Part shown: positions 35,861 to 45,067 of the stretch, piece by piece
How the letters are laid out: each line of letters begins with the position of its first letter
Position numbering within the stretch: position 1 is the first letter of the stretch
DNA from: Dehalococcoidia bacterium
Lineage (GTDB): Bacteria; Chloroflexota; Dehalococcoidia; DSTF01; JACRBR01
Direction of reading: 5' to 3'
Assembly (NCBI GenBank): GCA_021462855.1
Contig: JAJTXQ010000067.1
Location: 2,860 to 66,859, forward strand
DNA length: 64,000 nucleotides
Program-made: the position numbers and the translations under genes
The notes under the pieces: generated by a model
What the model was told of the DNA's origin: nothing
The model's input: only the letters and a program-made list of their open reading frames with translations
Database searches by the model: none

Positions 35861-37149
35861 GCGAGCCCCAGCCGACGGAAGCTGTCATCGACGTGGCGCG
35901 TGTAGTCGGTGTAGTCGAACACCGAATCGAGCGCGGCGGCATCGAGCCGCGATGTCACGTCGGCGTCGTCCTCGAGCAGGCGGCGGAGCGGCGTGCGCTC
36001 CTTCCACGCCCGCATGGCGGCGCGCTGGACGATCTTGTATGCCGCCTCGCGCGTGAGCCCGGCATCGATCAGCGCGAGCAGCGCCTTCTGCGAGAACACG
36101 AGCCCCTGCGTGAGCTCGACGTTCTTTTGCATCTGCTCCGGGTACACGACGAGGCCGCGCATGACGCCGGTGAACACGTCGAGCATGTAGTCCAGCAGGG
36201 CGCAGGAGTCGGGGAAGATCACGCGCTCTGTCGACGAGTGCGAGATGTCGCGCTCGTGCCACAGCGCCACGTTTTCCAGCGAGGTCATCGCGTTGGCGCG
36301 CACGACGCGCGCCAGGCCGCAGACGCGCTCGCAGAGCTCGGGGTTGCGCTTGTGCGGCATGGCGCTGGAGCCGGTCTGCCCTTCGCTGAAGGGCTCCTCG
36401 GCCTCGAGCACCTCGGTGCGCTGCAGGTGGCGGATCTCAGTCGCGAACTTCTCGAGCGACGCGGCGATGACGGCGAGCGTCGTCATGAAGTACGCGTGGC
36501 GGTCGCGCGGCACGACCTGCGTGCTCACGGGCTCGACCATCAGGCCAAGGTGCGCGCAGACCTTTTCTTCCACGTCGGGCGGGACCGTGGCGTGCGAGCC
36601 GACGGCGCCGCTGATCTTGCCGCAGGAGATCGCGGCCTTTGCCTCGGCAAGGCGCCCCTGCGCGCGGCGCACCTCGGCGACCCACCCGGCCAGCTTGAGG
36701 CCGAACGTCGTCGGCTCCGCGTGCACGCCGTGCGTCCGCCCGATCGTGAGCTGATACTTGAACTCGACGGCGCGCCGTTCGAGCACCTCGCGCAACGCCG
36801 CCAGGTCGTGCTCGATGATCGTCGCCGCGTCGCGCAGTTGCAGGGCCGTGGCGGTATCCCAGACATCCTGCGACGTCAGGCCGAGGTGCACCCAGCGGCT
36901 CTCGTCGCCGAGGCTGTCGGCGACGGAGCGGAGGAACGCAGTGACGTCGTGGTGCGTCTCGGCCTGGTAGCGGGCGATATCGCCGATGTTGTAGCGGGCG
37001 CCGCGCACCTTCTCGGCGTCGCCTGCCGGCACGCGGCCTGCGTCGGCCCATGCCTGCACGACGGCGACCTCGACGGCGAGCCAGCGGTCGAGTTTGCCAG
37101 TGTCACTCCAGATGGCGGCCATCTCAGGCCGCGTGTATCGCTCGATCAT
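35857..37149 (-). CDS. purB: adenylosuccinate lyase
   Basis: 430 aa with MIERYTRPEM and the fumarate-lyase signature GSSAMPHKRNP. Confidence 0.95.
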   Translation of the reverse strand: MIERYTRPEMAAIWSDTGKLDRWLAVEVAVVQAWADAGRVPAGDAEKVRGARYNIGDIARYQAETHHDVTAFLRSVADSLGDESRWVHLGLTSQDVWDTATALQLRDAATIIEHDLAALREVLERRAVEFKYQLTIGRTHGVHAEPTTFGLKLAGWVAEVRRAQGRLAEAKAAISCGKISGAVGSHATVPPDVEEKVCAHLGLMVEPVSTQVVPRDRHAYFMTTLAVIAASLEKFATEIRHLQRTEVLEAEEPFSEGQTGSSAMPHKRNPELCERVCGLARVVRANAMTSLENVALWHERDISHSSTERVIFPDSCALLDYMLDVFTGVMRGLVVYPEQMQKNVELTQGLVFSQKALLALIDAGLTREAAYKIVQRAAMRAWKERTPLRRLLEDDADVTSRLDAAALDSVFDYTDYTRHVDDSFRRLGLA

Positions 37150-37202
37150 CGAAGTCCCGTCCTCGGATTACTGCATGCGCGGCGGGAGCACAACGGCGCG
37201 TG

Positions 37203-37661
37203 CTAACCCGCGAGCGATGCGCGGTACGCATCGTAGGCGGCGCGGATGTCGCTATGGCTGAGCGCCAGGATCTCGGCGGCGAGGGTGGCGGCGTTGCGCG
37301 CGCCCCAGCCGCCGACGGCGACCGTCGCGACCGGCATGCCGGGCGGCATCTGCACGATCGAGTACAAGGCGTCGACGCCCTTGAGTTCGCTCGACGCCAG
37401 CGGCACGCCGATGACCGGCAGCGGCGTGTACGCCTTGCAGACGCCCGGCAACGCCGCGGCGCCGCCCGCAGCGGCGATGATGACCTCGAACCCGCGGTCG
37501 CGCGCCGATGACACGAACTCGCGCACCCGGTCGGGCGTGCGGTGCGCCGACATCACGTGCACCTCGTGCTCGACGCCGAACTTGGTCAGCGTGTCCATGC
37601 ACGGCCGCATCGTCTCCATGTCGGACTGCGAGCCCATCAGCACCGCCACGAGCGCGCTCAT
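37203..37661 (-). CDS. purE: 5-(carboxyamino)imidazole ribonucleotide mutase
   Basis: 152 aa: VAVLMGSQSDMETM...VHVMSAHRTPDR...IIAAAGGAAALPGV. ATGA overlap with the purD stop. Confidence 0.93.
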   Translation of the reverse strand: MSALVAVLMGSQSDMETMRPCMDTLTKFGVEHEVHVMSAHRTPDRVREFVSSARDRGFEVIIAAAGGAAALPGVCKAYTPLPVIGVPLASSELKGVDALYSIVQMPPGMPVATVAVGGWGARNAATLAAEILALSHSDIRAAYDAYRASLAG

Positions 37662-38962
37662 ACGGCCACCGCCTCGCTCGCGCCGATGTCCGTGCGGTAG
37701 TGCATGCCGTCGAAACGGATACGCGCGACATTCGCGTACACGCGCTCGCGCGCCTCGCCGACCGTCGCACCGGTGGCGGTGACGGCGAGGACGCGCCCGC
37801 CGTTCGTGGCGATGCGCCCGGAGCTGTCGCGCTTCGTGCCGGCGTGGAACACAAGCACGCCGGAGTCGATGTCGTCGAGGCCATCGATCGGCTTGCCGGT
37901 CTCGTACGCGCCCGGGTAGCCGCCCGATGCGAGCATCACGCACACCGATGCGTCGTTGCGCCAGCGCACGTCGACCGATGCGAGCGTGCCGCTCGCGACC
38001 GCGTCCATGATCTCGAGCAGATCGGACTCGAGGCGCGGCAACAGCGCTTCCGTTTCGGGGTCGCCGAAGCGCGCGTTGAACTCGAGCACGCGGGGACCCC
38101 CGGCGGTCACCATGATGCCGGGGAAGAGGACGCCGCGGTACGGGCGGCCTTCCTGGCGAAGCGCGCGCAGCGTCGCCTCGGTGACGTCGCGGCGGACCGC
38201 TTCCGCGACCGACGCCTGAAGCCACGACGGCGGGCTGTAGACGCCCATGCCGCCGGTGTTCGGGCCGCGGCCGCCGTCGTACACGGCCTTGTGGTCGCAG
38301 GCGAACGGCATGTGCACGACCGTCCGCCCGTCGGAGAACGCGTGTGCGCTGGTCTCGCGCCCGTCGAGCCGGTCCTCGATGACGACGGTGCGGCCGGCGG
38401 CGCCGAGGGCGCTGTGCAGCATCAGGTCGCGCAGCGCGGCGCACGCTTCGTCGTGCGATGACGTGACGATCGCGCCCTTGCCGGCGGTGAGGCCGTCGGC
38501 CTTCACCACCACGTCGCAGGGGCGTGATTCGACGTACGCGGCCGCCGCGTCGTAGCCGTCGAACCTCGCGCAGGCGCCCATCGGGATGCCGTGGCGGGCC
38601 ATCAGGTCCTTGGCGAACGCCTTCGACGATTCGATTTCGGCGGCGGCGGCCGTCGGGCCGAACACGGCGATGCCCTCAGCCTCGAGGCGGTCGGCGACGC
38701 CGAACGACAGCGGGTCCTCCGGCCCTATCACGACGAGGTCAGCGCGACGCTCCCGCGCGAGCGCGACGACGGCGTCGAGGAACGCGGCGACCTGCACGGC
38801 GCCGGCGCCCGGCTTCGGGATGGCGAGTGGCGCGACATCGGCAAGTTGCGCGATGCCGGCGTTGCCCGGCGCGACGCACAGCGATGCGAGGCGCGGCGAC
38901 TGGCGCATCTTCCACGCGATGGCGTGCTCGCGCGCCCCGGAGCCGATGAGCAGCACGTTCAC
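37658..38962 (-). CDS. purD: phosphoribosylamine--glycine ligase
   Basis: 434 aa, GTG start: MNVLLIGSGAREHAIAWK, with an ATP-grasp core. Confidence 0.95.
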   Translation of the reverse strand: MNVLLIGSGAREHAIAWKMRQSPRLASLCVAPGNAGIAQLADVAPLAIPKPGAGAVQVAAFLDAVVALARERRADLVVIGPEDPLSFGVADRLEAEGIAVFGPTAAAAEIESSKAFAKDLMARHGIPMGACARFDGYDAAAAYVESRPCDVVVKADGLTAGKGAIVTSSHDEACAALRDLMLHSALGAAGRTVVIEDRLDGRETSAHAFSDGRTVVHMPFACDHKAVYDGGRGPNTGGMGVYSPPSWLQASVAEAVRRDVTEATLRALRQEGRPYRGVLFPGIMVTAGGPRVLEFNARFGDPETEALLPRLESDLLEIMDAVASGTLASVDVRWRNDASVCVMLASGGYPGAYETGKPIDGLDDIDSGVLVFHAGTKRDSSGRIATNGGRVLAVTATGATVGEARERVYANVARIRFDGMHYRTDIGASEAVAV

Positions 38963-39150
38963 GAGGCGGACAGGCCTCCCTGCAGGCGGCGGATCAGCAC
39001 GAAGGCCGTCAGCGCCAGCAGCGCCGGCACGATGATCCGGCGCGCGCCACCGCCGGTGCGCGGTGTGGGCGCGGACTCGACGGCGGCGTGGGGCTTGGAG
39101 CCGTTGGTGTGCGGTGCGATGGTGGTCCCTGTCGGGTAGTCGGCGTTCAC
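38959..39150 (-). CDS. small single-TM protein between guaA and purD (hypothetical)
   Basis: 63 aa. The GTG start is 4 nt after the guaA stop, with GGGAG 7 nt upstream. Its stop overlaps the purD GTG (GTGA). TM helix IIVPALLALTAFVLI. Confidence 0.45.
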   Translation of the reverse strand: MNADYPTGTTIAPHTNGSKPHAAVESAPTPRTGGGARRIIVPALLALTAFVLIRRLQGGLSAS

Positions 39151-39154
39151 TGCA

Positions 39155-40816
39155 TCACTCCCACTCGATCGTGCCCGGCGGTTTCGACGTGATGTCGTAC
39201 ACCACGCGGTTGACGCCCGGCACCTCGTTGACGATGCGGCTGCTGATCTTCGCCAGCACCTCGTAGGGCAGGCGCGCCCAGTCGGCCGTCATCGCGTCTT
39301 CTGCGGTGACGGCGCGCAGCGCAACAACGTGCCCGTACGTGCGGTAGTCGCCCATCACGCCGACCGAGCGGGTGTCGGTGAGCACGGCGAACGACTGCCA
39401 CAGGTCGTGGTACAGCTTTGCCCGCTTCACCTCCTGCATGACGATCCAGTCGGCCGCCTGCAGCACCGAGACGCGTTCCTTCGTCACCTCGCCGATGATG
39501 CGGATGGCGAGTCCGGGGCCGGGGAACGGCTGCCGGTACACCATCTCGTCCGGCAGGCCCAGCGCGAGGCCGACCTGGCGCACCTCGTCCTTGAACAGGT
39601 AGCGCAGCGGCTCGATGAGCTCGAACGTGAGCTCCTTCGGCAGGCCGCCGACGTTGTGATGCGTCTTGATCTTCGCCGCCGTGCCGTGGCCCGTCGCGCT
39701 CTCGATCACGTCGGGGTACGTCGTGCCCTGGGTGATGAAGTCGACCTTGCCGATCTTGTCCGCTTCGGCTTCGAACACGCGGATGAACGTCTCGCCGACG
39801 ATGCGGCGCTTCTGCTCGGGGTCGGTGATGCCGCGCAGCTGTGTCAGGAAGCGGTCGGCGGCGTCGACATGGACGAGCCGCATCTCCATGTGGCGCTGGA
39901 ACGTGTCGACGACGCGCTCCGGCTCCTCGCGGCGCATCAGTCCGTTGTCGACGAAGATGCAGGTCAGCTGGTCGCCGACGGCGCGGTGCACGAGCGTCGC
40001 CGCTACCGCGGAGTCGACGCCGCCCGACAGCGCGCAGATCACGTGGCCATCGCCGACCTGCTTGCGGATGCGGTTGATGCCGTCGGCGATGAAGTTGCCG
40101 GCGGTCCAGTCGCCCTCGCACCCGCAGACGCGATAGAGGAAGTTCTCGATCACCTGCTTGCCGTGCGGCGTGTGCACGACCTCCGGGTGGAACTGGATGC
40201 CGACGATTCCCCGATCGTTGGTCATCGCCGCGATCGGTGAGTTGTCGGAGTAGGCAAGCGAGCGGAAGCCGGGCGGCAACTGCGTGATGCGGTCGCCGTG
40301 CGACATCCAGACGGGGATGGAGCCGGGCAGGTCGGCGAAGAGCGGCGACTCTTCGGCGCCCTGGTTGACCACGGCGTGGCCATACTCGCGGTGGTCTGAA
40401 GGCGCGACCTTGCCGCCAAGCTGGTTCGCGAGCGCCTGCATGCCGTAACAGATGCCGAGCACGGGCAGATCCTGCTCGAACACCCACGTCGGGATCATCG
40501 GCGCGCCGAAGTCGTACACGCTGGCGGGCCCGCCGGAGAGCACGACGCCGCGCGGGCGCAATTTCTCGACGCTCTCCCACGTGGCGTCGGGCGGCACGAG
40601 TTCGCAGTAGACGCGGCACTCGCGGATGCGGCGGGCGATGAGCATCGAGAACTGCGAACCGAAGTCGATGACGACGACCGTCTCGGGCTGGACGGGGGTG
40701 GCGGGGACGGCCCCGGACGGCGACTCACCGCTCTTCTCGCGGGCGATTTCAAGATACGTGGAAACCTCAACGTCGCCCGAAGCGCGAACCCGGCGGGACG
40801 GTTGCTGGTCGGCCAT
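39155..40816 (-). CDS. guaA: glutamine-hydrolysing GMP synthase
   Basis: 553 aa with a GATase domain ([27 protein letters not shown]), the ATP-PPase loop SGGVDSAV, and a C-terminal IEWE. Confidence 0.95.
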   Translation of the reverse strand: MADQQPSRRVRASGDVEVSTYLEIAREKSGESPSGAVPATPVQPETVVVIDFGSQFSMLIARRIRECRVYCELVPPDATWESVEKLRPRGVVLSGGPASVYDFGAPMIPTWVFEQDLPVLGICYGMQALANQLGGKVAPSDHREYGHAVVNQGAEESPLFADLPGSIPVWMSHGDRITQLPPGFRSLAYSDNSPIAAMTNDRGIVGIQFHPEVVHTPHGKQVIENFLYRVCGCEGDWTAGNFIADGINRIRKQVGDGHVICALSGGVDSAVAATLVHRAVGDQLTCIFVDNGLMRREEPERVVDTFQRHMEMRLVHVDAADRFLTQLRGITDPEQKRRIVGETFIRVFEAEADKIGKVDFITQGTTYPDVIESATGHGTAAKIKTHHNVGGLPKELTFELIEPLRYLFKDEVRQVGLALGLPDEMVYRQPFPGPGLAIRIIGEVTKERVSVLQAADWIVMQEVKRAKLYHDLWQSFAVLTDTRSVGVMGDYRTYGHVVALRAVTAEDAMTADWARLPYEVLAKISSRIVNEVPGVNRVVYDITSKPPGTIEWE

Positions 40817-40904
40817 GTCGTATCCTGCGCGAACGAGAGGGTGTGCCTGAGTCTATCGCGCGCCCTTCGCCCGGTCAACAAGTTCTGATAATCGACATAA
40901 GCAT

Positions 40905-41522
40905 TTGAACGCGAACGAGCAGTACCGTGCGGCTCTCGATGTGCTCCGGAGAGGCGGCGTCGTGGCGCTGCCGACGGACACCGTATACGGGCTCGTCGCC
41001 GTCGCCGCGGACGACGCGGCGGGGCAGCGCATCTACGACGTCAAGGGGCGCGATCCGGCGCAGGCGATGCCGCTGTTCGCGGGCTCGCTGGAACAGGCGC
41101 GGCTCATCGCTGCGTGGAACGAGGCAGCTGAGGCGCTGGCCGCGGCGTTCTGGCCCGGACCGCTGACGCTCGTGTTGCCGCGACAAGCGCGCTACCGCAC
41201 CCGCGCGGCTGCCGGAGGCGACACGGTCGCCGTCCGCGTGCCCGACGACCCGGCGATCCGCGAATTCGCGTCGCAACTCGGCCCGCTGACCGGCACGAGC
41301 GCGAACCGCTCGGGTCAGCCGGAGTGCATGACAGCCGCCGAGGTCCGCGCGCAGATCGGCAACGACGCCGACTGCATCGTCGATGCGCCGGTGGATGCGG
41401 GCGGTGTGCCTTCGACGGTCGTCGACTGCACCGAATCGGCGTGCGTGCGCATCCTGCGCGAGCGCGCGGTGCCGCGCGACGCGATCGTGCGCGCGCTGGC
41501 CGGGGTGGCGAGCGTCGGCTAG
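40905..41522 (+). CDS. tsaC: L-threonylcarbamoyladenylate synthase (TsaC/YrdC/Sua5 family)
   Basis: 205 aa, TTG start: GGVVALPTDTVYGLVA...YDVKGRDPAQAMPL...WPGPLTLVL. Confidence 0.88.
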   Translation: MNANEQYRAALDVLRRGGVVALPTDTVYGLVAVAADDAAGQRIYDVKGRDPAQAMPLFAGSLEQARLIAAWNEAAEALAAAFWPGPLTLVLPRQARYRTRAAAGGDTVAVRVPDDPAIREFASQLGPLTGTSANRSGQPECMTAAEVRAQIGNDADCIVDAPVDAGGVPSTVVDCTESACVRILRERAVPRDAIVRALAGVASVG

Positions 41523-41597
41523 GATCGCAACGGGAGCAACGATGGCATCGAACACGTCTCTGCGGCAGGCAACGGCGCCCCCGCGCGCGCCGACGCT

Positions 41598-42644
41598 GTG
41601 AGCGCCACGAGCACGGAGCAGCGCGTCGGCGCGTTGCTGGAGCGATATCGCGGTGCGGTGAACGACGGGCTGCGCGCCGCGCTCTCGCGTCCCGGCGTGG
41701 AGCACGCGCGGTACATGCGGTACCACTTCGGCCGGGAAGACATCGACGGCGCGCCGCTCGATGCGCCCGCAGGCAAGATGCTGCGCCCGGCGCTCTGCAT
41801 GCTGTGTTGCGAAGCGGCGGGCGGCAACGCGCGCCGCGCGCTGGCGGCGGCGGTGGCGATCGAGCTGCTGCACAACTTCTCGCTGATCCACGACGATATC
41901 GAGGACAACAGCGACACGCGGCACGGCCGGCCGGCGCTGTGGCGAGCCGCCGGCATCCCGCAGGCGATCAACGCCGGCGACGGGATGTTCGTGCTCGCAC
42001 AGCGCACGCTCCTCGACCTCGCGGATGCCGGCGTGCCGCCCGAGCGCGTGCTCGATGCGGCGCGGCGGCTGAACGACGCCTGCATCGCACTGTGCGAGGG
42101 GCAGCACCGCGATATCGCGTTCGAGGGACGCGCCACGGTGAGCCTGGCCGAGTACGAGGCGATGATCGGCGGCAAGACTGCGGCGCTGCTGTCGGCGGCG
42201 GCGGCGATCGGCGCGGTCGCGGCGGGCGCGCCGGCGGCAACCGTCGAGGCGCTCGGCGAGTGCGGCCGGCTGCTCGGGCTCGCGTTCCAGGTGCAGGACG
42301 ACGTGCTCGGCGCATGGGGTGACCCGCGGGCCACGGGCAAGTCCGCCGCCGACGACATCCGCATGAAGAAGAAGGCGTTCCCCGCCGTGTACGCGCTCGA
42401 ACATCTCGACGCGGACGGACGGGAGCGCCTGCTGGCGCTGTACGCGCAACCGTCGCTGCCGGACGCCGATGTCGCCGCCGTGCTGGACCTGTTCGAGCGC
42501 GCCGGAGCGCGCGACGGCGCGGGCGCCGCGGCGCGCGCGTACGCCGGCGCGGCGCTGGCGGCGATCCGTGAGACAGACCTCGAACCTGAGCGCCGCGCCG
42601 AAATCGCGGCGCTCGCGGAGTTTTTCGTCGACCGCTCGTCGTGA
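41598..42644 (+). CDS. polyprenyl (geranylgeranyl-type) diphosphate synthase
   Basis: 348 aa with FARM motif LIHDDIEDNSDTRHGRP and SARM motif FQVQDDVLGAWGD. Confidence 0.9.
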   Translation: MSATSTEQRVGALLERYRGAVNDGLRAALSRPGVEHARYMRYHFGREDIDGAPLDAPAGKMLRPALCMLCCEAAGGNARRALAAAVAIELLHNFSLIHDDIEDNSDTRHGRPALWRAAGIPQAINAGDGMFVLAQRTLLDLADAGVPPERVLDAARRLNDACIALCEGQHRDIAFEGRATVSLAEYEAMIGGKTAALLSAAAAIGAVAAGAPAATVEALGECGRLLGLAFQVQDDVLGAWGDPRATGKSAADDIRMKKKAFPAVYALEHLDADGRERLLALYAQPSLPDADVAAVLDLFERAGARDGAGAAARAYAGAALAAIRETDLEPERRAEIAALAEFFVDRSS

Positions 42645-42663
42645 GCAGGGCGATGCAGGAGGA

Positions 42664-43854
42664 ATGATGAACAAGAAGACGCTGCGGGACATCGACGTGA
42701 CGGGCAAGCGCGTGCTCGTGCGCGTCGACTTCAACGTGCCGCTCGACAATGAGACGCGCCGCATACTCGACGACACGCGGATCCGCGCTGCGCTGCCGAC
42801 GATCGAGGCGCTGCGCGCGCGCGGCGCGAAGACGATCCTCGTGTCGCACCTGGGCCGGCCAGACGGCAAGGTCGTCGAGTCGGCGCGGATGGCGCCGGTT
42901 GCCGCGCGGCTCGCCGACCTCATCGGCGCGCCGGTGCCATGCGCGACGGATGTCATCGGCGAGTCGGCGCGAGCGACGGTCGCCGCGCTCGAGCCGGGCG
43001 GCGTGGCGATGCTGGAAAACGTCCGGTTCGAGCCGGGCGAGGAGAAGGACGACGAGGCGCTGGCGCGCGCCCTGGCGGCATTCGCCGACGTGTACGTGAA
43101 CGATGCGTTCGGCACGGCACATCGCGCGCACGCGTCGACGGCCGGTGTCGCGGCGTTCCTGCCGGCGGTCGCCGGCCTGCTGATGGAGAAGGAGATCGAC
43201 TATCTCGGCCGGATCGTGACGAACCCGGAGCCGCCGGTCGCAGCGATCATCGGCGGGGCGAAGATCAGTTCGAAAATCGCCGTGCTGCAGCACCTGTTGT
43301 CGAAGGTGAACGTGCTGCTCATCGGCGGCGGCATGGCGAGCACGTTCCTGAAGGCGCAAGGCGTCAACATCGGCGCATCGCTCGTGGAGGACGACCAGCT
43401 GGAGACCGCGCGAGCGGTGATCGCCGGCGCTGCGGAGGCCGGCGTGATGATCGGCCTGCCGTCGGACGCCGTCGTCGCCGACAAGTTCGCCGAGGACGCC
43501 GATTACGAGACGGTGAGCATCAAGTCCGTGCCCGAAGCGTGGATGATCCTCGATGTCGGGCCGCGGACGGTGGCGGACTACCGCGCGAAGCTCGAAGGGA
43601 TGAAGACCGTCGTATGGAACGGGCCGCTCGGCGTCGCCGAATGGCCGGCGTTCGCCGAAGGGTCGAACGAGATCGCACGCGCGCTGGCGGCAATGGATGC
43701 GACCGTCGTGATCGGCGGCGGCGAGACGGTGGCGCTGGTGACGGCGCTCGGCCTCGCCGGCGCGTACGCGCACGTGTCGACGGGCGGCGGCGCCTCGCTG
43801 GAGTTCCTCGAAGGCAAGGAGCTGCCCGGGGTCGTCGCGCTGCTCGACCGCTGA
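42664..43854 (+). CDS. pgk: phosphoglycerate kinase
   Basis: 396 aa: AGGAGG-aATG then MMNKKTLRDIDVTGKRVLVRVDFNVP...SHLGRP...STGGGASLEFLEGK. Confidence 0.95.
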   Translation: MMNKKTLRDIDVTGKRVLVRVDFNVPLDNETRRILDDTRIRAALPTIEALRARGAKTILVSHLGRPDGKVVESARMAPVAARLADLIGAPVPCATDVIGESARATVAALEPGGVAMLENVRFEPGEEKDDEALARALAAFADVYVNDAFGTAHRAHASTAGVAAFLPAVAGLLMEKEIDYLGRIVTNPEPPVAAIIGGAKISSKIAVLQHLLSKVNVLLIGGGMASTFLKAQGVNIGASLVEDDQLETARAVIAGAAEAGVMIGLPSDAVVADKFAEDADYETVSIKSVPEAWMILDVGPRTVADYRAKLEGMKTVVWNGPLGVAEWPAFAEGSNEIARALAAMDATVVIGGGETVALVTALGLAGAYAHVSTGGGASLEFLEGKELPGVVALLDR

Positions 43855-43877
43855 CCGCGCCAGGAATGCGGGCCGGT

Positions 43878-43906
43878 TTGACCGCGTACCGGGGGCTTGC
43901 TAACCT
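43878..43906 (+). promoter_or_regulatory. candidate promoter TTGACC-17-TAACCT upstream of rplY
   Basis: Read directly. Confidence 0.4.
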
Positions 43907-43911
43907 CTCGT

Positions 43912-43932
43912 GGGCCTTCGTGGCCCGTTTTT
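43912..43932 (+). terminator. short hairpin GGGCC-TTCGT-GGCCC followed by TTTTT
   Basis: It lies 58 nt after the pgk stop and 17 nt before the rplY ATG. It could be the pgk terminator or an rplY leader element. Confidence 0.4.
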
Positions 43933-43948
43933 CACGGAGATCGCGATC

Positions 43949-44602
43949 ATGCCAAATGTCAAACTCGACGTAACGCCGCGCACCGCGCTCGGCAAGAAGA
44001 CGAAGGCGCTCCGCCGCGGCGGGCAGACCCCGGGCAACATCTTCGGCCACCGCCTGGAATCGAAGGCGGTGCAGGCCGACACGGTGGCGCTGACGCATGT
44101 GCTGCGGGGCATCACGCAGAACGCGATCATCGACCTCACCGTCGAGGGCGAGGCCGCGCCGCGCACCGTCGTCGTGCGTGCCGTCGAGCGCAACCCGCTG
44201 AACGGCAGCCTCGTGCACATCGACTTCTTCCAGGTGTCCATGACCGAGAAGATGCGCGCGTCGGTGCCGGTAGTGATGATCGGCTCGTCCGAGGCGGTAT
44301 CGACGTATGGCGGCGTGTTGCTGCAGATGGCCGACAGCGTCGACATCGAGGCTCTGCCGGGCGACATACCGGCGGAGTACCAGGTCGACGTGAGCCGCAT
44401 TACCGAACTCGAGCAGTCGCTGCACGTCCGCGACCTGGACATCGACACCGCGAAGGTGACGTTGATGACCGACCCTGGCGTCGTCGTCGCGCGCGTCGCG
44501 GCGCCGCGACTCGCCGCGGCCGAAGAGGCGCCGGCGGCGGCGGAAGCGCCGGCCGAGGGCGCAGCGCCGGCAGCGGCGCCGGCGGCCGAGCCCGAATCCT
44601 GA
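43949..44602 (+). CDS. rplY: 50S ribosomal protein L25 / general stress protein Ctc (long form)
   Basis: 217 aa: MPNVKLDVTPRTALGKKTKALRRGGQTPGNIFG, with an Ala/Pro/Glu-rich tail. Confidence 0.92.
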   Translation: MPNVKLDVTPRTALGKKTKALRRGGQTPGNIFGHRLESKAVQADTVALTHVLRGITQNAIIDLTVEGEAAPRTVVVRAVERNPLNGSLVHIDFFQVSMTEKMRASVPVVMIGSSEAVSTYGGVLLQMADSVDIEALPGDIPAEYQVDVSRITELEQSLHVRDLDIDTAKVTLMTDPGVVVARVAAPRLAAAEEAPAAAEAPAEGAAPAAAPAAEPES

Positions 44603-44623
44603 CCGGCACCCACGAACACGCAC

Positions 44624-44646
44624 GCGCGGGCGCCGTTCAGGCGCCC
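44624..44646. terminator. stem-loop GCGGGCGCC-GTTCA-GGCGCCCGC between convergent rplY and the ferredoxin-like gene
   Basis: Perfect 9-bp stem that overlaps the stop codon of the minus-strand gene. Confidence 0.45.
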
Positions 44647-45032
44647 GCTTCGCGCTGCGGGGGTTCGAGCGGGTTGACGGCGAACACGTACTCCCGCACC
44701 GGCACGCCGCCGATAATGTGCTCCTGGAGGACGCGCTCGATGACATCGGGACGGGCAGAGTGGTACCACGTGCCGTCCGGGTACACGACGGCGATCGGGC
44801 CCTGCGCGCACATGCGCAGGCAGTTCGCCTTCGTGCGGTAGACGACGCGCGCGCCGGTCGCGAGCCCCAGCTCGGCGATGCGGCGCTTGAGATACTCCCA
44901 CGCGACGAGCGTCTCGTCCCGCGGCGCGCACTTCGCCTCGGTCTGGTCGGCGCAGAGGAAGATGTGGCGAGCGATCCGGCCGACACCGTAGCGCTCGGCG
45001 TTCCCGCGGAGTTCGGGGTCGAGGTCCATCAC
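44637..45032 (-). CDS. thioredoxin-like [2Fe-2S] ferredoxin family protein
   Basis: 131 aa with four Cys arranged as C-x8-C ... C-x3-C (FLCADQTEAKCAP ... ANCLRMCAQGP). Confidence 0.75.
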   Translation of the reverse strand: MMDLDPELRGNAERYGVGRIARHIFLCADQTEAKCAPRDETLVAWEYLKRRIAELGLATGARVVYRTKANCLRMCAQGPIAVVYPDGTWYHSARPDVIERVLQEHIIGGVPVREYVFAVNPLEPPQREAGA

Positions 45033-45067
45033 CGGATCGTGGCATCGGACGCGGGCGGGCGCAAACG

